A DNA stretch of 63,300 nt from Gemmatimonadales bacterium (GCA_035695405.1 DASSED010000179.1:1-63300); one strand, 5' to 3'; shown: positions 28,582 through 38,177, counted from the stretch's first letter. The notes: generated from the sequence alone by a model not told the origin. A program made the numbers and translations.

Positions 28582-31091
28582 CGACGTTTCCCCACTGTGA
28601 GTCGCTGCATTCTCTGGCTCAGATCCATGAACCTGATGTCTACCACCATGGCCCGCTCATAGCTCCGGATGGCATCCGCTTCCTTCCCCTGCGCCTCCGA
28701 AGCTCGTCCCAGCCAGTACAACAAGCCGATTTTGGCCTCATCGCCCTCGCCCAAGCCGTCGACCGCTTTGCGCAGGATGGTTTCAGAGGCGGCATACTGC
28801 CCCTTCTCGAAAAACGCCATCCCCAGCGCCTCGGAAGTCCGCAGCCTTCCCTCGGTCGAGCGCAGCGCCTTCTGGAACTCTCCGATTGCCTCGTCCAGTA
28901 GCCCCATCTCCTTGAAGGCGACGCCCAGATCGTAATGCGACTGGTAATCATCCGAATCCAGGTTCTCATCGATGCCGCGCTTGAACTGCTCCAGGATCTC
29001 GTGGAACTCCCGCTGTTCGTCCTGGTCTTTGGGCTCGCGCCGATTGACCCGCATCCTGGTGTCTCGGGGGCGGCTCTCCTCGTCGCGGAGCATGGAGCCG
29101 AGGTCGATGAAGTCCTCACCCCCCGAGGCCGCCGCCGGCCGGGTCCGCTGGGGCGTAGCTTGTGGAGCCGGCGCGGGAGGCGGGGTCTTTGGAGGCGGGG
29201 CAGCGCTGGACGAGGCCGGAGCCGAGGGAGCCGGTGCAGGGTGCGGCGTCTTGGCAGCGCTGGATGACGCCTGAGCCGCTGGGGCCGGCGCTGGTGCGGT
29301 GGTGCGAGCAGGGGGCGGGGTCGAGGCCGCCGGCTGCGTGAAAGGCGGAGGAGACGGCTTGATCGGCTCCTTCACCACGCCGAGCCGGGTCAGGGCCGCC
29401 GTCGCTCGCACGTTGCCGGGATCGTGTTCAATAACCCGGCCGTACACCGCGATCGCCTTATCCAGCGCGCCCGACTTCCCCAGCGCGTCACCCAATCCCA
29501 AATACGCTTCGAGTAGCGGGCCACGATCTCCCATTCGATAGGCCAACTCCACCCGCTTCTGATGGTGGGCAATGCTGTCGGGGGACAGGGTGACCAGCCG
29601 ATCGACCATCTCCGCTGCGCGGGACCAGTCCTGGCGGTCTTCGAACCCGGCGAGAGCCAGCTCGAGTTCCTCGGTCACTCGACCGATCTCACCCATGGAG
29701 GTGAGCTTCTCGGCCAATTCAAGGTGGATGTCCGGATTCTCGGGATCGTCGAGCACCCGGTTCTCCAGATCAGCCAACGCATCCGAAGCCGAGATCTCGG
29801 CAACGCTTTCCTCAGGTTCTTCTTCCAGAAGCGCGTCGGCGCCGAGATCGGTCAGCTCTGCGGTCTCATCATCTATCCTGATCTCTTCATCTTCGGTCTC
29901 GTCGGAGGCCAAGTCGGGATCCCCTGGGAGGGTCACCATGAGATCGTCCGAGAGACCGAGACCGTCGGTGGACTCCGAGGAAAAACCCGGGATGGTCGAG
30001 CTTTCCATGCCTTCCAATGTCATCGGCTCGAAGTCGAGATCGGCTGGTTCATCCCGCTGGAGTCCCAGCGGCGCGGTGAGGTCCGGCAGTGGCTCGATCG
30101 AATCACCCGACTGGTCGCTGCTCGTCACGTCGAGATCCATGAGCGAGTCAGCACCCATCCCGATAGTCTGGCTGTCCATAAGGGGATCCACGATCAGATC
30201 TTCAACCGGCTCCGGTGTGATAGCTGGTGGCTCGGAGACTAGGGCATCCTGCAACAGGATGGGCTCAGGCTCCGGCTCGGACTCGGCAGCGATCTCGGGC
30301 TCAGGCTCGGGGGGAGGCGCTGGTTCACGCACCGGCCGGGGGGACTCCGCGGCCACTCGCGGCGGGGGAGCGGGTGGGGCGGTGCGGGTGGGCCCGGTGG
30401 AAAAGTCCACCCCAGTATCGAGAAAAATGAGATCACCGCGTTTGGGAGACGGTTTTTCCGGCGGCGCGGCGTGGGTTCCATGATCGGTCTCGAGACCGTG
30501 CAGTCGCTCCCGAGTCTTGCGGGCAGCCGATTTGTCTCCGGAGGCTTCCAGTTCCTGCGCCATCTTCTCCAGTTGTTCCCGCGCCTGGTCACCCCGTGAG
30601 GTGGCCCGCAAGAGCTCGACCAGCATGCTCCGAATCTCCTGGCTCCCCGAGAACTGGTCGGCAAACAACTTCACGGCCTGGAACGCCTGGTCGAGTTGCC
30701 CCAGCGCGTTCATCCGCTCGAGAAACTCGATGAGATTTCGCTTGGCTTCGCTGACGACGTTCTTGCGGGCATGGAGCTGGCAAAGCTTGAGGTAGGTCTG
30801 GGTTCGTCCGGGATTGACCCGGAGAATCTTGCCGCAGAGCGCTATGGCGTTGTTGAAGAACCCTTGATCGGCATAGAGATCGACGGCTCGCTCATAAGAA
30901 CGGACCGCTTCCGCCGTGTCGTTAATCTTGAGATATAAATCGCCAACTCGATTGTACAGTGAGAGATCGGGGCTGGTCTCGGCTCCCGATTCGGCCTGCT
31001 GGATGGCTTTCAGGTAAACGTCGATGGCCTTTCGCCAATCCTCCTTTTGCTCGAGCTTCCGGGCCGTGTCTTTCAGCTTTTCCAGATTCAT
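28578..31091 (-). CDS. Large TPR protein with acidic and Pro/Ala-rich low-complexity regions
   Basis: 837 aa. TPR blocks at the N-terminus, centre and C-terminus. They are separated by a strongly acidic stretch (EPEPEIAAESEPEPEP..., DETEDEEIRIDDE...) and a PAPAPA-type stretch. Confidence 0.7.
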   Translation of the reverse strand: MNLEKLKDTARKLEQKEDWRKAIDVYLKAIQQAESGAETSPDLSLYNRVGDLYLKINDTAEAVRSYERAVDLYADQGFFNNAIALCGKILRVNPGRTQTYLKLCQLHARKNVVSEAKRNLIEFLERMNALGQLDQAFQAVKLFADQFSGSQEIRSMLVELLRATSRGDQAREQLEKMAQELEASGDKSAARKTRERLHGLETDHGTHAAPPEKPSPKRGDLIFLDTGVDFSTGPTRTAPPAPPPRVAAESPRPVREPAPPPEPEPEIAAESEPEPEPILLQDALVSEPPAITPEPVEDLIVDPLMDSQTIGMGADSLMDLDVTSSDQSGDSIEPLPDLTAPLGLQRDEPADLDFEPMTLEGMESSTIPGFSSESTDGLGLSDDLMVTLPGDPDLASDETEDEEIRIDDETAELTDLGADALLEEEPEESVAEISASDALADLENRVLDDPENPDIHLELAEKLTSMGEIGRVTEELELALAGFEDRQDWSRAAEMVDRLVTLSPDSIAHHQKRVELAYRMGDRGPLLEAYLGLGDALGKSGALDKAIAVYGRVIEHDPGNVRATAALTRLGVVKEPIKPSPPPFTQPAASTPPPARTTAPAPAPAAQASSSAAKTPHPAPAPSAPASSSAAPPPKTPPPAPAPQATPQRTRPAAASGGEDFIDLGSMLRDEESRPRDTRMRVNRREPKDQDEQREFHEILEQFKRGIDENLDSDDYQSHYDLGVAFKEMGLLDEAIGEFQKALRSTEGRLRTSEALGMAFFEKGQYAASETILRKAVDGLGEGDEAKIGLLYWLGRASEAQGKEADAIRSYERAMVVDIRFMDLSQRMQRLTVGKRR

Positions 31092-31181
31092 GCGGCTCGG
31101 GATTGAGAAGGATGACAGGGGATAAGAGTTGGAGCGAGCGAAAGATACCGGGCGGCAGAAAGCCGGGCAAGCAGCGGACGA

Positions 31182-32768
31182 TCAGCCGTCTAATTTCTTG
31201 GCGGCGCCGGTTTTGGACTTGCTTGTCGGCCTCAATTCGAGGGTGGCTGGATCGAACTCGCCCTCGGCAACCGCCCGAGCCAGCCGTTCGAGATCGGGGG
31301 CCGGCGGGCGGTCCTCGGTAAGCGCCGCGACCGGTGGGTCGAGAGTCCGAAGCCTGCGATAAAGGCCGGCCACTCCCCTCCCAGGTGAAAGGGGCTTGAG
31401 GAATTCGAGCCCTTGTGCAGCACACAAGAGCTCGGCAGCAACCACCCGTTGTGCGTTGGCCAAAATCCGGCCGGCCTTGTACCCTGCTGCCATTCCCATG
31501 GGAACGAAATCCTCTTGGTTGGCGTCGGTGGGGATGGACCCGATGCTGGCAGGCATGGCGAGGGCCCGGGATTCGGCCACGAGGGACGCGGCGGCAATCT
31601 GAACCATCATGAACCCGGATGAGAGCCCTGGGTCTTGGGTCAAAAAGGCCGGCAGCCCTTGAGAAAGATCGGGATTCACCAGCCGTTCCACCCGCCGTTC
31701 TGCGATGGCCTGCAGCGTGGTGAGCGTCAAGGCCAGGATGTCCAGCGCTTGGGCCACGGGCTGCCCATGGAAGTTTCCTCCCGAAATCACATCGCCATTT
31801 TCGAACACCAGCGGATTGTCGGTGGAGGCGTTGAGCTCGATCACAACCGTGCTCTCCGCGAACCGAATGGCATCCAGAACCGCGCCCAGCACCTGAGGAG
31901 CGCAGCGGATGCTGTAGGCATCTTGAACCCGCGGGTCGTTTTCTCGGTGCGATTCCCGGATCTCGCTCTGCTCCAACAGTGATCGCATCAGGGCGGCAGC
32001 CTGGAGCTGGCCAGGGTGAGCCCGGGCCTCGTGAATGCGCGGGTCCAAAGGGGCGGGTGTGCCTCGGAGCGCCTCGAGACTCATGGCCGCGGCGCCCACC
32101 GCGGTACGCCAGAGTCTTAGGGCGTCGTGCACCATCAGCGCCAGCATGGCCGTTTGAGCCTGGGTACCGTTGATGAACGCGATGCCTTCCTTAGGCGCGA
32201 AGCGGTAAGGCGTCAGCCCAGCGCTCGCCAACGCCTGGGACGCTGCGGCGCTATGACGGGCGTCCGCCAGGACCGGTCCTTCGCCCATCAGGGTCAATCC
32301 GATGTGGCTCAGTGGGGCAAGATCGCCGCTCGCGCCCACACTCCCCTGCTCTGGTACCAATGGGACGACGCCGGCATTGAGCAACGCCACGAGGGCGTCC
32401 ACCAGCTCCGGCCGCACCCCGCTGGTCGGTCTCAACAGCACGTTGGCCCGAAGGAGCATCACGGCTCGAACTACCGGCGCCGGTAGTGGCGGCCCCACCC
32501 CCGCCGCATGGCTTCGTATCAGATTGGCCTGCAGGCGATCGAGCTGCTCGGGAGGTATGCGCACGTTGGCGAGCTTGCCGAAGCCGGTGTTGATCCCATA
32601 GATCGTCTGGCCCGAGCTGATGGCCCGGTCCACGACCTTGCGCGCTCCAACCAGAGCTCGTCGAGCTTGCGGAGCTACCCGGACCTGCGCCGCAGGATCC
32701 CGGGCGACGCGGACGACATCGGCGATGGTGAGGGATTGTCCATCGAGAATACACGCTGGTTCCGGCAT
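31182..32768 (-). CDS. hutH: Histidine ammonia-lyase (MIO-dependent aromatic amino acid lyase family)
   Basis: MIO-forming GSVGASGDLAPLSH, NLIRSHAAGVG, and family-typical length (528 aa). Confidence 0.85.
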   Translation of the reverse strand: MPEPACILDGQSLTIADVVRVARDPAAQVRVAPQARRALVGARKVVDRAISSGQTIYGINTGFGKLANVRIPPEQLDRLQANLIRSHAAGVGPPLPAPVVRAVMLLRANVLLRPTSGVRPELVDALVALLNAGVVPLVPEQGSVGASGDLAPLSHIGLTLMGEGPVLADARHSAAASQALASAGLTPYRFAPKEGIAFINGTQAQTAMLALMVHDALRLWRTAVGAAAMSLEALRGTPAPLDPRIHEARAHPGQLQAAALMRSLLEQSEIRESHRENDPRVQDAYSIRCAPQVLGAVLDAIRFAESTVVIELNASTDNPLVFENGDVISGGNFHGQPVAQALDILALTLTTLQAIAERRVERLVNPDLSQGLPAFLTQDPGLSSGFMMVQIAAASLVAESRALAMPASIGSIPTDANQEDFVPMGMAAGYKAGRILANAQRVVAAELLCAAQGLEFLKPLSPGRGVAGLYRRLRTLDPPVAALTEDRPPAPDLERLARAVAEGEFDPATLELRPTSKSKTGAAKKLDG

Positions 32769-32827
32769 CGCCCGAAGTTGACGCCGTATCCCCCTTGATT
32801 CAACCCCTCGTCAACCCACGATCGGCC

Positions 32828-33697
32828 TTACGGAGTGTTTCGGCTACGCTGGACCATCAGTTCGGGATTCCCCCGGTCAGGCTGAAAGGACCAGTCCATG
32901 ATGAGAAAGCCTTGGCCGACATGCGTGACCCGTACCGCGGCATACCTCAGGTAACCGTCGCCGCCGTCCATCTCGAACACATATCCAAAGCCGGGCGACG
33001 CCTCGATGCCGCTCGTCAAATAGGGCGCACACTGTCCCGGAGTGGGTCCGGCAGGGCACGGCGCTTCATCGATGCTGCTGAGATCCTCGACCGGAACATC
33101 GGAGTAGAGCTCGACCCCGGTACCTGCCCGGACAGGATTGAAAAAGAATGATCCGCTGCCGTCGCTATCCACGAAGAAGTCGATGTCGCTGGCTCCGCCG
33201 GACCTGATCCGGCCCAGCTCTCCGTCTTCCACTTGCAGGTCACCATCATCGTCCCAGAAGCGAAAGCCGCTGCTGTCACTCTTTACCTGTACCGGATAGA
33301 GTACGACGTTGCGCGAATCGGGTCGCGGAGTATCGGCCTGCTGCTCCGAGCGAGCGCTCTCCGTGCCGGTAACGCTGACGGCGCTCACGGCGAAACAGCG
33401 GGGGACACCGTTCTCGAGAGCGCCCACGATAAACTCGGGAGCAACCGTGGTTCCCTCCAGGCGCCACGATCCGCACACATTGTTGTCCAGATCGTACGTC
33501 GTGCTGAAGACCCGGTAATTCTGGAAGCCGTTGGGGTCGGCTTCGAACGAGTTGTCGGTCCAGGTCAAGGCGATGGCGCGATCGAGTGTGGTAGTGGTCA
33601 ACGCGGCCGGTACTTCGGGAACAGTACCGGGACCGGTGTGGTCGGACGAACAACCCGCCGCCAGAAGGACGAAAGCCGCTGTTCCTAAGGCCCGCAT
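32828..33697 (-). CDS. Hypothetical lipoprotein with FN3-like domain
   Basis: Trimmed to MRALGTAAFVLLAAGCSS (lipobox), with GGAGA upstream. LTWTDNSF...YRVFS resembles a fibronectin type III strand pattern. Confidence 0.55.
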   Translation of the reverse strand: MRALGTAAFVLLAAGCSSDHTGPGTVPEVPAALTTTTLDRAIALTWTDNSFEADPNGFQNYRVFSTTYDLDNNVCGSWRLEGTTVAPEFIVGALENGVPRCFAVSAVSVTGTESARSEQQADTPRPDSRNVVLYPVQVKSDSSGFRFWDDDGDLQVEDGELGRIRSGGASDIDFFVDSDGSGSFFFNPVRAGTGVELYSDVPVEDLSSIDEAPCPAGPTPGQCAPYLTSGIEASPGFGYVFEMDGGDGYLRYAAVRVTHVGQGFLIMDWSFQPDRGNPELMVQRSRNTP

Positions 33698-33821
33698 ACG
33701 AGTTCTCCGGAAGGGGAGATCAGACCTGCGCAGAACCCGTGCCACAACGTCGGACCCGACCCCGCAACCGCGAGGAACCCTGGCCCCAAGCTCAACCATG
33801 TCCCCTGACAACGAGGTAGGC

Positions 33822-36800
33822 CTAGCGCTCGAAGGTGGTCTGGTTGTAATCGAACTTGAGATCGGGCAGATCGATCAGGTAGATCGAGAAGTAAAAGGCG
33901 AAATTGCCATTTGCGTTGCGAACGAAGTTGAAGCCCGCCCTCCAGTCATGAAGCTGGCGTTCCAGCCGGACCACCTGAGACTCGAACTGTCCACCGGTGA
34001 TGTTGTACTGGGACGACCATGAGAGGGTCCAGAATGGTGTGGGAGAGAAGTTGGTACTGAAGCCGAGGTTCTGCTGATCCTGGCCTGCTTGGACGCCGGG
34101 GATGGGCCGGGTGCGGGAAAGCGAATAGTTGAAGTTGGCTGAAAAGCCGCGCCCACTGCCGGTAAAGGGCACCTGCCCCGTGTTGTAGAACGAATTGCCC
34201 CGTCGCCTCCGTCCGGCGTCAACCACGTAGGAGCTGGGCACCTCACCTTGCCGCTGAGATCCACCCTTTCGGCCCAATCCAAAGATCGACCCGATGGCCC
34301 GAACGGTGTTCTCCGAAATGGCGAAGCTCGCACTCACGTTGCTGAGGAATGGAGCAAACTTGGCGGTATCGGTGCCCACCTGACCCCGCCAAAGATCATG
34401 GGTAAGGCTCAAGGTAAACTGAGGCAGCAGATCGCTGAGAAATGAGTTGGTGAGCGCGTCGGTGACCCAGCCGGTCCGACCCGGCTTTTTGGCCTGCTCG
34501 AAATCGTAGGTTATCGAGCTGGTATTGATGCTCAGCACCCGAAACTTGCGAGCCTCGACGTTGAGTGAATCGCCCGGCCTCGGTTTGGCCTTGGCTTCGA
34601 ACGTCTGGGAAAGACCCACCGTCAGTGTTTGGGTAGCGTCGCTGCGGAGCTGGAACGGCTGCCCGGGCTCCACCAGCGCGCGAGCGAAATCGAGGGGGAC
34701 GTCCGCCGCCGGCGAGTAATTCCAGCTGATACTGGGGGACAGACTGTGGCGGATTCGGCTGGCGAACCCAAAACCGGGTAGAAAGGCGAACAGAGTCGGA
34801 GAGGCGCTGGCCGAGAACCGGAACCGCTTGCCTTGTCGCACGAAATCACCGCCGGTGTTCCGGTTGCGGAGCGCAAAGGGACCGCTGGTCGAATTGGCCA
34901 CACCCACGGCCGGCTGAACTTTCCAGGAGCCGCGAAACAGGATGGGCAGGTTGATCCCGGTATCCCAATCGATCCCGGTCGAGAAGTCTCCATTGAAGAA
35001 CCGGGTCACGAGCAGCGAGTCGTTGGGATTGGCGGTGCTGGGATCGTCCACCCGGAACTGCACCGAGTCCCGGCCGGTGGAGCGCTCGTCATTCACCCGG
35101 ATCGAGTTCTGCCAATTGAACGCCCCGAAGCGGAGGGGGGTGTCGAAGTTGAACGCCGTCACCCGATTACTGCCGGTTTGCGCGATGGTGTCGGCCAGGC
35201 CGCCGGGGAGAAGCTGCACCAGTGAGGGCAGCGGGGTCTTGCTACTGGTGTTGTTCGTGAGGCTTAGACCCGGCGACCAGGTGATGTTCGAGCCCAGATC
35301 GATCGAGGCCGGCGAAACGGTGAGGGCGGGAAGCAGTTGCTGGACGCTGCCGTCCGAGAGGCTCTGACGCCGGTTCCCGCCGAGGGTCACGGTACCCCAG
35401 CCGTAGCGCTTCGAGAAGTTGGCCGAGCTGGTGATCTGTTGGGTGTTCAGCAGCGGGTCAATGGCGTTTCGCTGAATGACCGACGTGTTGCTCGCGTAGT
35501 TCAGGTCCAGGTTCAGGTTGGTGGAGAGATCGAAGGTCTGCCGGTGGTCCCAGCGAATCGACGTCGACGATGCTCCACCGATTTGGTTCTGCTTGCTGTA
35601 CGCAATCGAGCCGTCGAGGAATCGATTGATCCAGCGATATTGTCCACCGATGCCGTACTGCACGTACCGATTGGAATACCAGTCGAGCCGGCCGGTGAAG
35701 TCGAGATAATCATTGGGTGCCCAGTAATATCCGATGTTGGTGATCTGCCGGTTATACGACGGGTTGGGACGCACCAGATCGTTGAAGCCGAACTGGGGAA
35801 TCAGAATGCCCGAATGGCGTCCCGGCCGCATGTCTTGAAAGATGAACGGCAGCCAGAGAATGGGGACATCTCGGACGTAGAGAACCACCGGTCTCGCCAC
35901 CATCACAGTCCGCGAGATCCACTTGACCTGGCGGCCGGAAAAGTGATAGTGGGGCTGAGGGAGGTCGCAGCTGGTGATCTCACTCTTGGCGGCGTAGATG
36001 CGGTTCGAGCTCGAGTCCTGGGAGACGTTGCCCCGAAGGAACCACGCGGTGGATCCCTCGCTGAAGTTGGTGAGCGCATCGCTGATGACGCCGCGGCGGA
36101 CACAGGTGTCGTACCGAATTCCCTGGCCGACCAGCACCTGCCCCCGGTCGAATAACCGGGGTTCGCCCGACGCATCCAGCAGGCAGCTCGACCGCCGGTA
36201 GGTGATGGTTCCGGCTTCGAGCGTCGACCCCCGCCGCTCGGTCAGCGCCTGCCCTTGAAGCAGGATCCGCTCGTCCTGGACGAAGACCGTGGCGGAGTCG
36301 GCCCGGTAACGGGTGGTCTGATAGCCCGGCCGCGACAGCAACTCGGTGATCACCGAGTCCGGCGCGGCGAAGCTGCGAGACGGAGCAGTGGGCAATCCCA
36401 TCCGGCGCGCGGTGGCGGTGTCCAGTGACTGCCCCGCTCTCATTTGCGCGGAATCCCGGGTGAACCGGGTGGAGTCGCGCAGTGAATCGGCTCGAACCGG
36501 CTGAGGCCGCCGGGGGCGCACAGGCACCTGGGCTTCGGCCTGGCCCGCGGCCAGAACGAGGAGCAGCACGATAGCGGCGCCGCCGGCCATCGAGTGCGCC
36601 GCCGCCCGGCGCCGCCGCCGCTGCACCAACACCGATCCAGCGAATCCCACTTCATAGAGTAGCAGGAGCGGAACCGTCATCATGATCATGGACAGGACAT
36701 CGGTTCCCGGCGACAGAATGGCTCCGGCAGCGAAGGCCAGCACGATGGCGAAGCGTCGGAACCGGTTCAGCTCGCTGGGACCAATCACGCCCAGCCAGGA

Positions 36801-37340
36801 GAGAATGATGATGACCAGCGGCAGCTCGAACGAAATGCCCAGCGCCAGAGTGACCTGGAGAACAAAGCCGAAATAGGCATCGTAGGTGATGAATGGCGCG
36901 ATAGCTTCGGTTTGAAAGCTGAATAACACCCGGAGTGCCTGAGGCACCACGAAGAGGTAGGCGAGCACCATTCCTGTCAGGAAAAGCACGAGGCCTACGA
37001 ACAGCGAGGGGACGAGCGCTCGCTTCTCTTTGGCATACAGCGCGGGGGCGAGAAAGGCCCACGTCTGCCAGAGGATCACAGGCGAGGCCATAACCAGCGC
37101 GACCAAAAAGCCGAGCTTGAATACGATCATCACCGGCTCCGTCGGGCTGGTCACGACCAGCTTCCCACCGGTGAGATATGGAGCGATCGGTTTCTTGAGA
37201 AGACTGACGAGCTGAAAGCGGTTGACCAGCCACAGCCCCAGCACGAACGCGATGACCACCGCTGCCAGCGACCGGAGAATCCTGGAGCGCAATTCCTCGA
37301 GGTGATCGAGGAAGGGCATTTCCCCTGAAGGACCGGTCAT
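33822..37340 (-). CDS. tatC: Single 1172-aa frame: TatC (aa 1-240) continuous with an LptD/OstA-like outer-membrane protein (aa ~271-1172)
   Basis: N-terminus MPFLDHLEELRSRILRS, six hydrophobic helices and SPGTD match TatC. The junction reads VLVQRRRRRAAAHSMAGGAAIVLLLVLAAGQAEA/QVP. The remainder is a Ser/Asn/Tyr/Gly-rich beta-strand pattern (HYHFSGRQVKWISRTVMVARPVVLYVRDVPILWLPF...). No stop codon lies between the two parts. Confidence 0.75.
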   Translation of the reverse strand: MTGPSGEMPFLDHLEELRSRILRSLAAVVIAFVLGLWLVNRFQLVSLLKKPIAPYLTGGKLVVTSPTEPVMIVFKLGFLVALVMASPVILWQTWAFLAPALYAKEKRALVPSLFVGLVLFLTGMVLAYLFVVPQALRVLFSFQTEAIAPFITYDAYFGFVLQVTLALGISFELPLVIIILSWLGVIGPSELNRFRRFAIVLAFAAGAILSPGTDVLSMIMMTVPLLLLYEVGFAGSVLVQRRRRRAAAHSMAGGAAIVLLLVLAAGQAEAQVPVRPRRPQPVRADSLRDSTRFTRDSAQMRAGQSLDTATARRMGLPTAPSRSFAAPDSVITELLSRPGYQTTRYRADSATVFVQDERILLQGQALTERRGSTLEAGTITYRRSSCLLDASGEPRLFDRGQVLVGQGIRYDTCVRRGVISDALTNFSEGSTAWFLRGNVSQDSSSNRIYAAKSEITSCDLPQPHYHFSGRQVKWISRTVMVARPVVLYVRDVPILWLPFIFQDMRPGRHSGILIPQFGFNDLVRPNPSYNRQITNIGYYWAPNDYLDFTGRLDWYSNRYVQYGIGGQYRWINRFLDGSIAYSKQNQIGGASSTSIRWDHRQTFDLSTNLNLDLNYASNTSVIQRNAIDPLLNTQQITSSANFSKRYGWGTVTLGGNRRQSLSDGSVQQLLPALTVSPASIDLGSNITWSPGLSLTNNTSSKTPLPSLVQLLPGGLADTIAQTGSNRVTAFNFDTPLRFGAFNWQNSIRVNDERSTGRDSVQFRVDDPSTANPNDSLLVTRFFNGDFSTGIDWDTGINLPILFRGSWKVQPAVGVANSTSGPFALRNRNTGGDFVRQGKRFRFSASASPTLFAFLPGFGFASRIRHSLSPSISWNYSPAADVPLDFARALVEPGQPFQLRSDATQTLTVGLSQTFEAKAKPRPGDSLNVEARKFRVLSINTSSITYDFEQAKKPGRTGWVTDALTNSFLSDLLPQFTLSLTHDLWRGQVGTDTAKFAPFLSNVSASFAISENTVRAIGSIFGLGRKGGSQRQGEVPSSYVVDAGRRRRGNSFYNTGQVPFTGSGRGFSANFNYSLSRTRPIPGVQAGQDQQNLGFSTNFSPTPFWTLSWSSQYNITGGQFESQVVRLERQLHDWRAGFNFVRNANGNFAFYFSIYLIDLPDLKFDYNQTTFER

Positions 37341-37358
37341 GCCGCAGCGCGCTCGGGC

Positions 37359-38177
37359 TTACCGCCCGAGCGCCTTCAATCGATCACGAGCCAGGGCCGC
37401 TTCGTCTGATTGGGGATACTTCTGAATCACCCGCTGGTAGGCGTCCCTGGCTTTCCTGGTTTCCTTCCGGCGCTCGGCCAGAAGGCCCAGGTTGTATAGT
37501 GCCGAACCGGCGCGGGAAGAAGTCGGGTATTTCTGAACCACCTGACCGTAGTAGGCTATGGCCGAGTCGGTGTTCTCGGCCGCGTAGCTCTGCCCAATAA
37601 AGTAGAGCGCATCACCGGCCCGATCACTGGTGGGATAGGTCCGCAGAAGTTCACGCAGCCCGGCCCGGGCGGTCGAGGTGCTCCCCCGGCGCAGCTGCGC
37701 GAGCGACGCTTCGTACATCTGATCCGCGGATGCCGTCCCCGGGCTCGTGGGGGTAGTCGCCGGACGGTTGGTGTCGGCGGGGCCCGAGGTGGCGAGCTGT
37801 TCCCCTCGGGCTTCGAGCTGGGTACGCAACTCGCTCAGGCGCTGCTGGCTTTGTCCCGTCAGCTCCTGCAACTGAACCAGCTGCTGCTGAATGTTGTATA
37901 GATCGCTCCCCAGATCGCCCCGGAGCTGGGCCACGGTTTTCCGACTCGAGGTAAGGGAGTCCATGATCCGCTGCTGGACCTGAATCAACTCCGCCAGCTG
38001 TGCCGCCCGGGCCGAGTCGCGCCGAGCGGTCTCGGCCTTGAACAAGGCGATGTCGTCTTGAACCCGCTGGATGTCACCCTTGCTGACGCAACCGCCCAGC
38101 GTCGCCAGACTCACTCCCAGCGCTACCCCCCACGACGTGGGAGACCGGGGTCGGCGCTGGCGCAATCTCCGTCTCAC
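37359..38177 (-). CDS. ybgF: Tol-Pal system protein YbgF/CpoB
   Basis: Signal/lipobox-like N-terminus, a coiled coil (QQQLVQLQELTGQSQQRLSELRTQLE), and three YP.S..A..A TPR-like repeats. GTGA overlap with pal. Confidence 0.8.
   Translation of the reverse strand: MRRRLRQRRPRSPTSWGVALGVSLATLGGCVSKGDIQRVQDDIALFKAETARRDSARAAQLAELIQVQQRIMDSLTSSRKTVAQLRGDLGSDLYNIQQQLVQLQELTGQSQQRLSELRTQLEARGEQLATSGPADTNRPATTPTSPGTASADQMYEASLAQLRRGSTSTARAGLRELLRTYPTSDRAGDALYFIGQSYAAENTDSAIAYYGQVVQKYPTSSRAGSALYNLGLLAERRKETRKARDAYQRVIQKYPQSDEAALARDRLKALGR

Noticed and set aside
33698-33821. G-tract-rich spacer (GGGG/GGG runs on the minus strand) as a G-quadruplex element
   Set aside because: One required loop would be 14 nt. 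G-runs of this kind are frequent by chance at about 64% GC, and nothing further supports a function.
36606-36620. RRRRR run at the TatC/LptD-like junction as a twin-arginine (Tat) signal
   Set aside because: - There is no S/T-R-R-x-F-L-K context.
- The h-region is strongly hydrophobic (Sec-like).
- Unfolded beta-barrel precursors are Sec substrates.
- It is better explained as a positive n-region or a positive-inside determinant.
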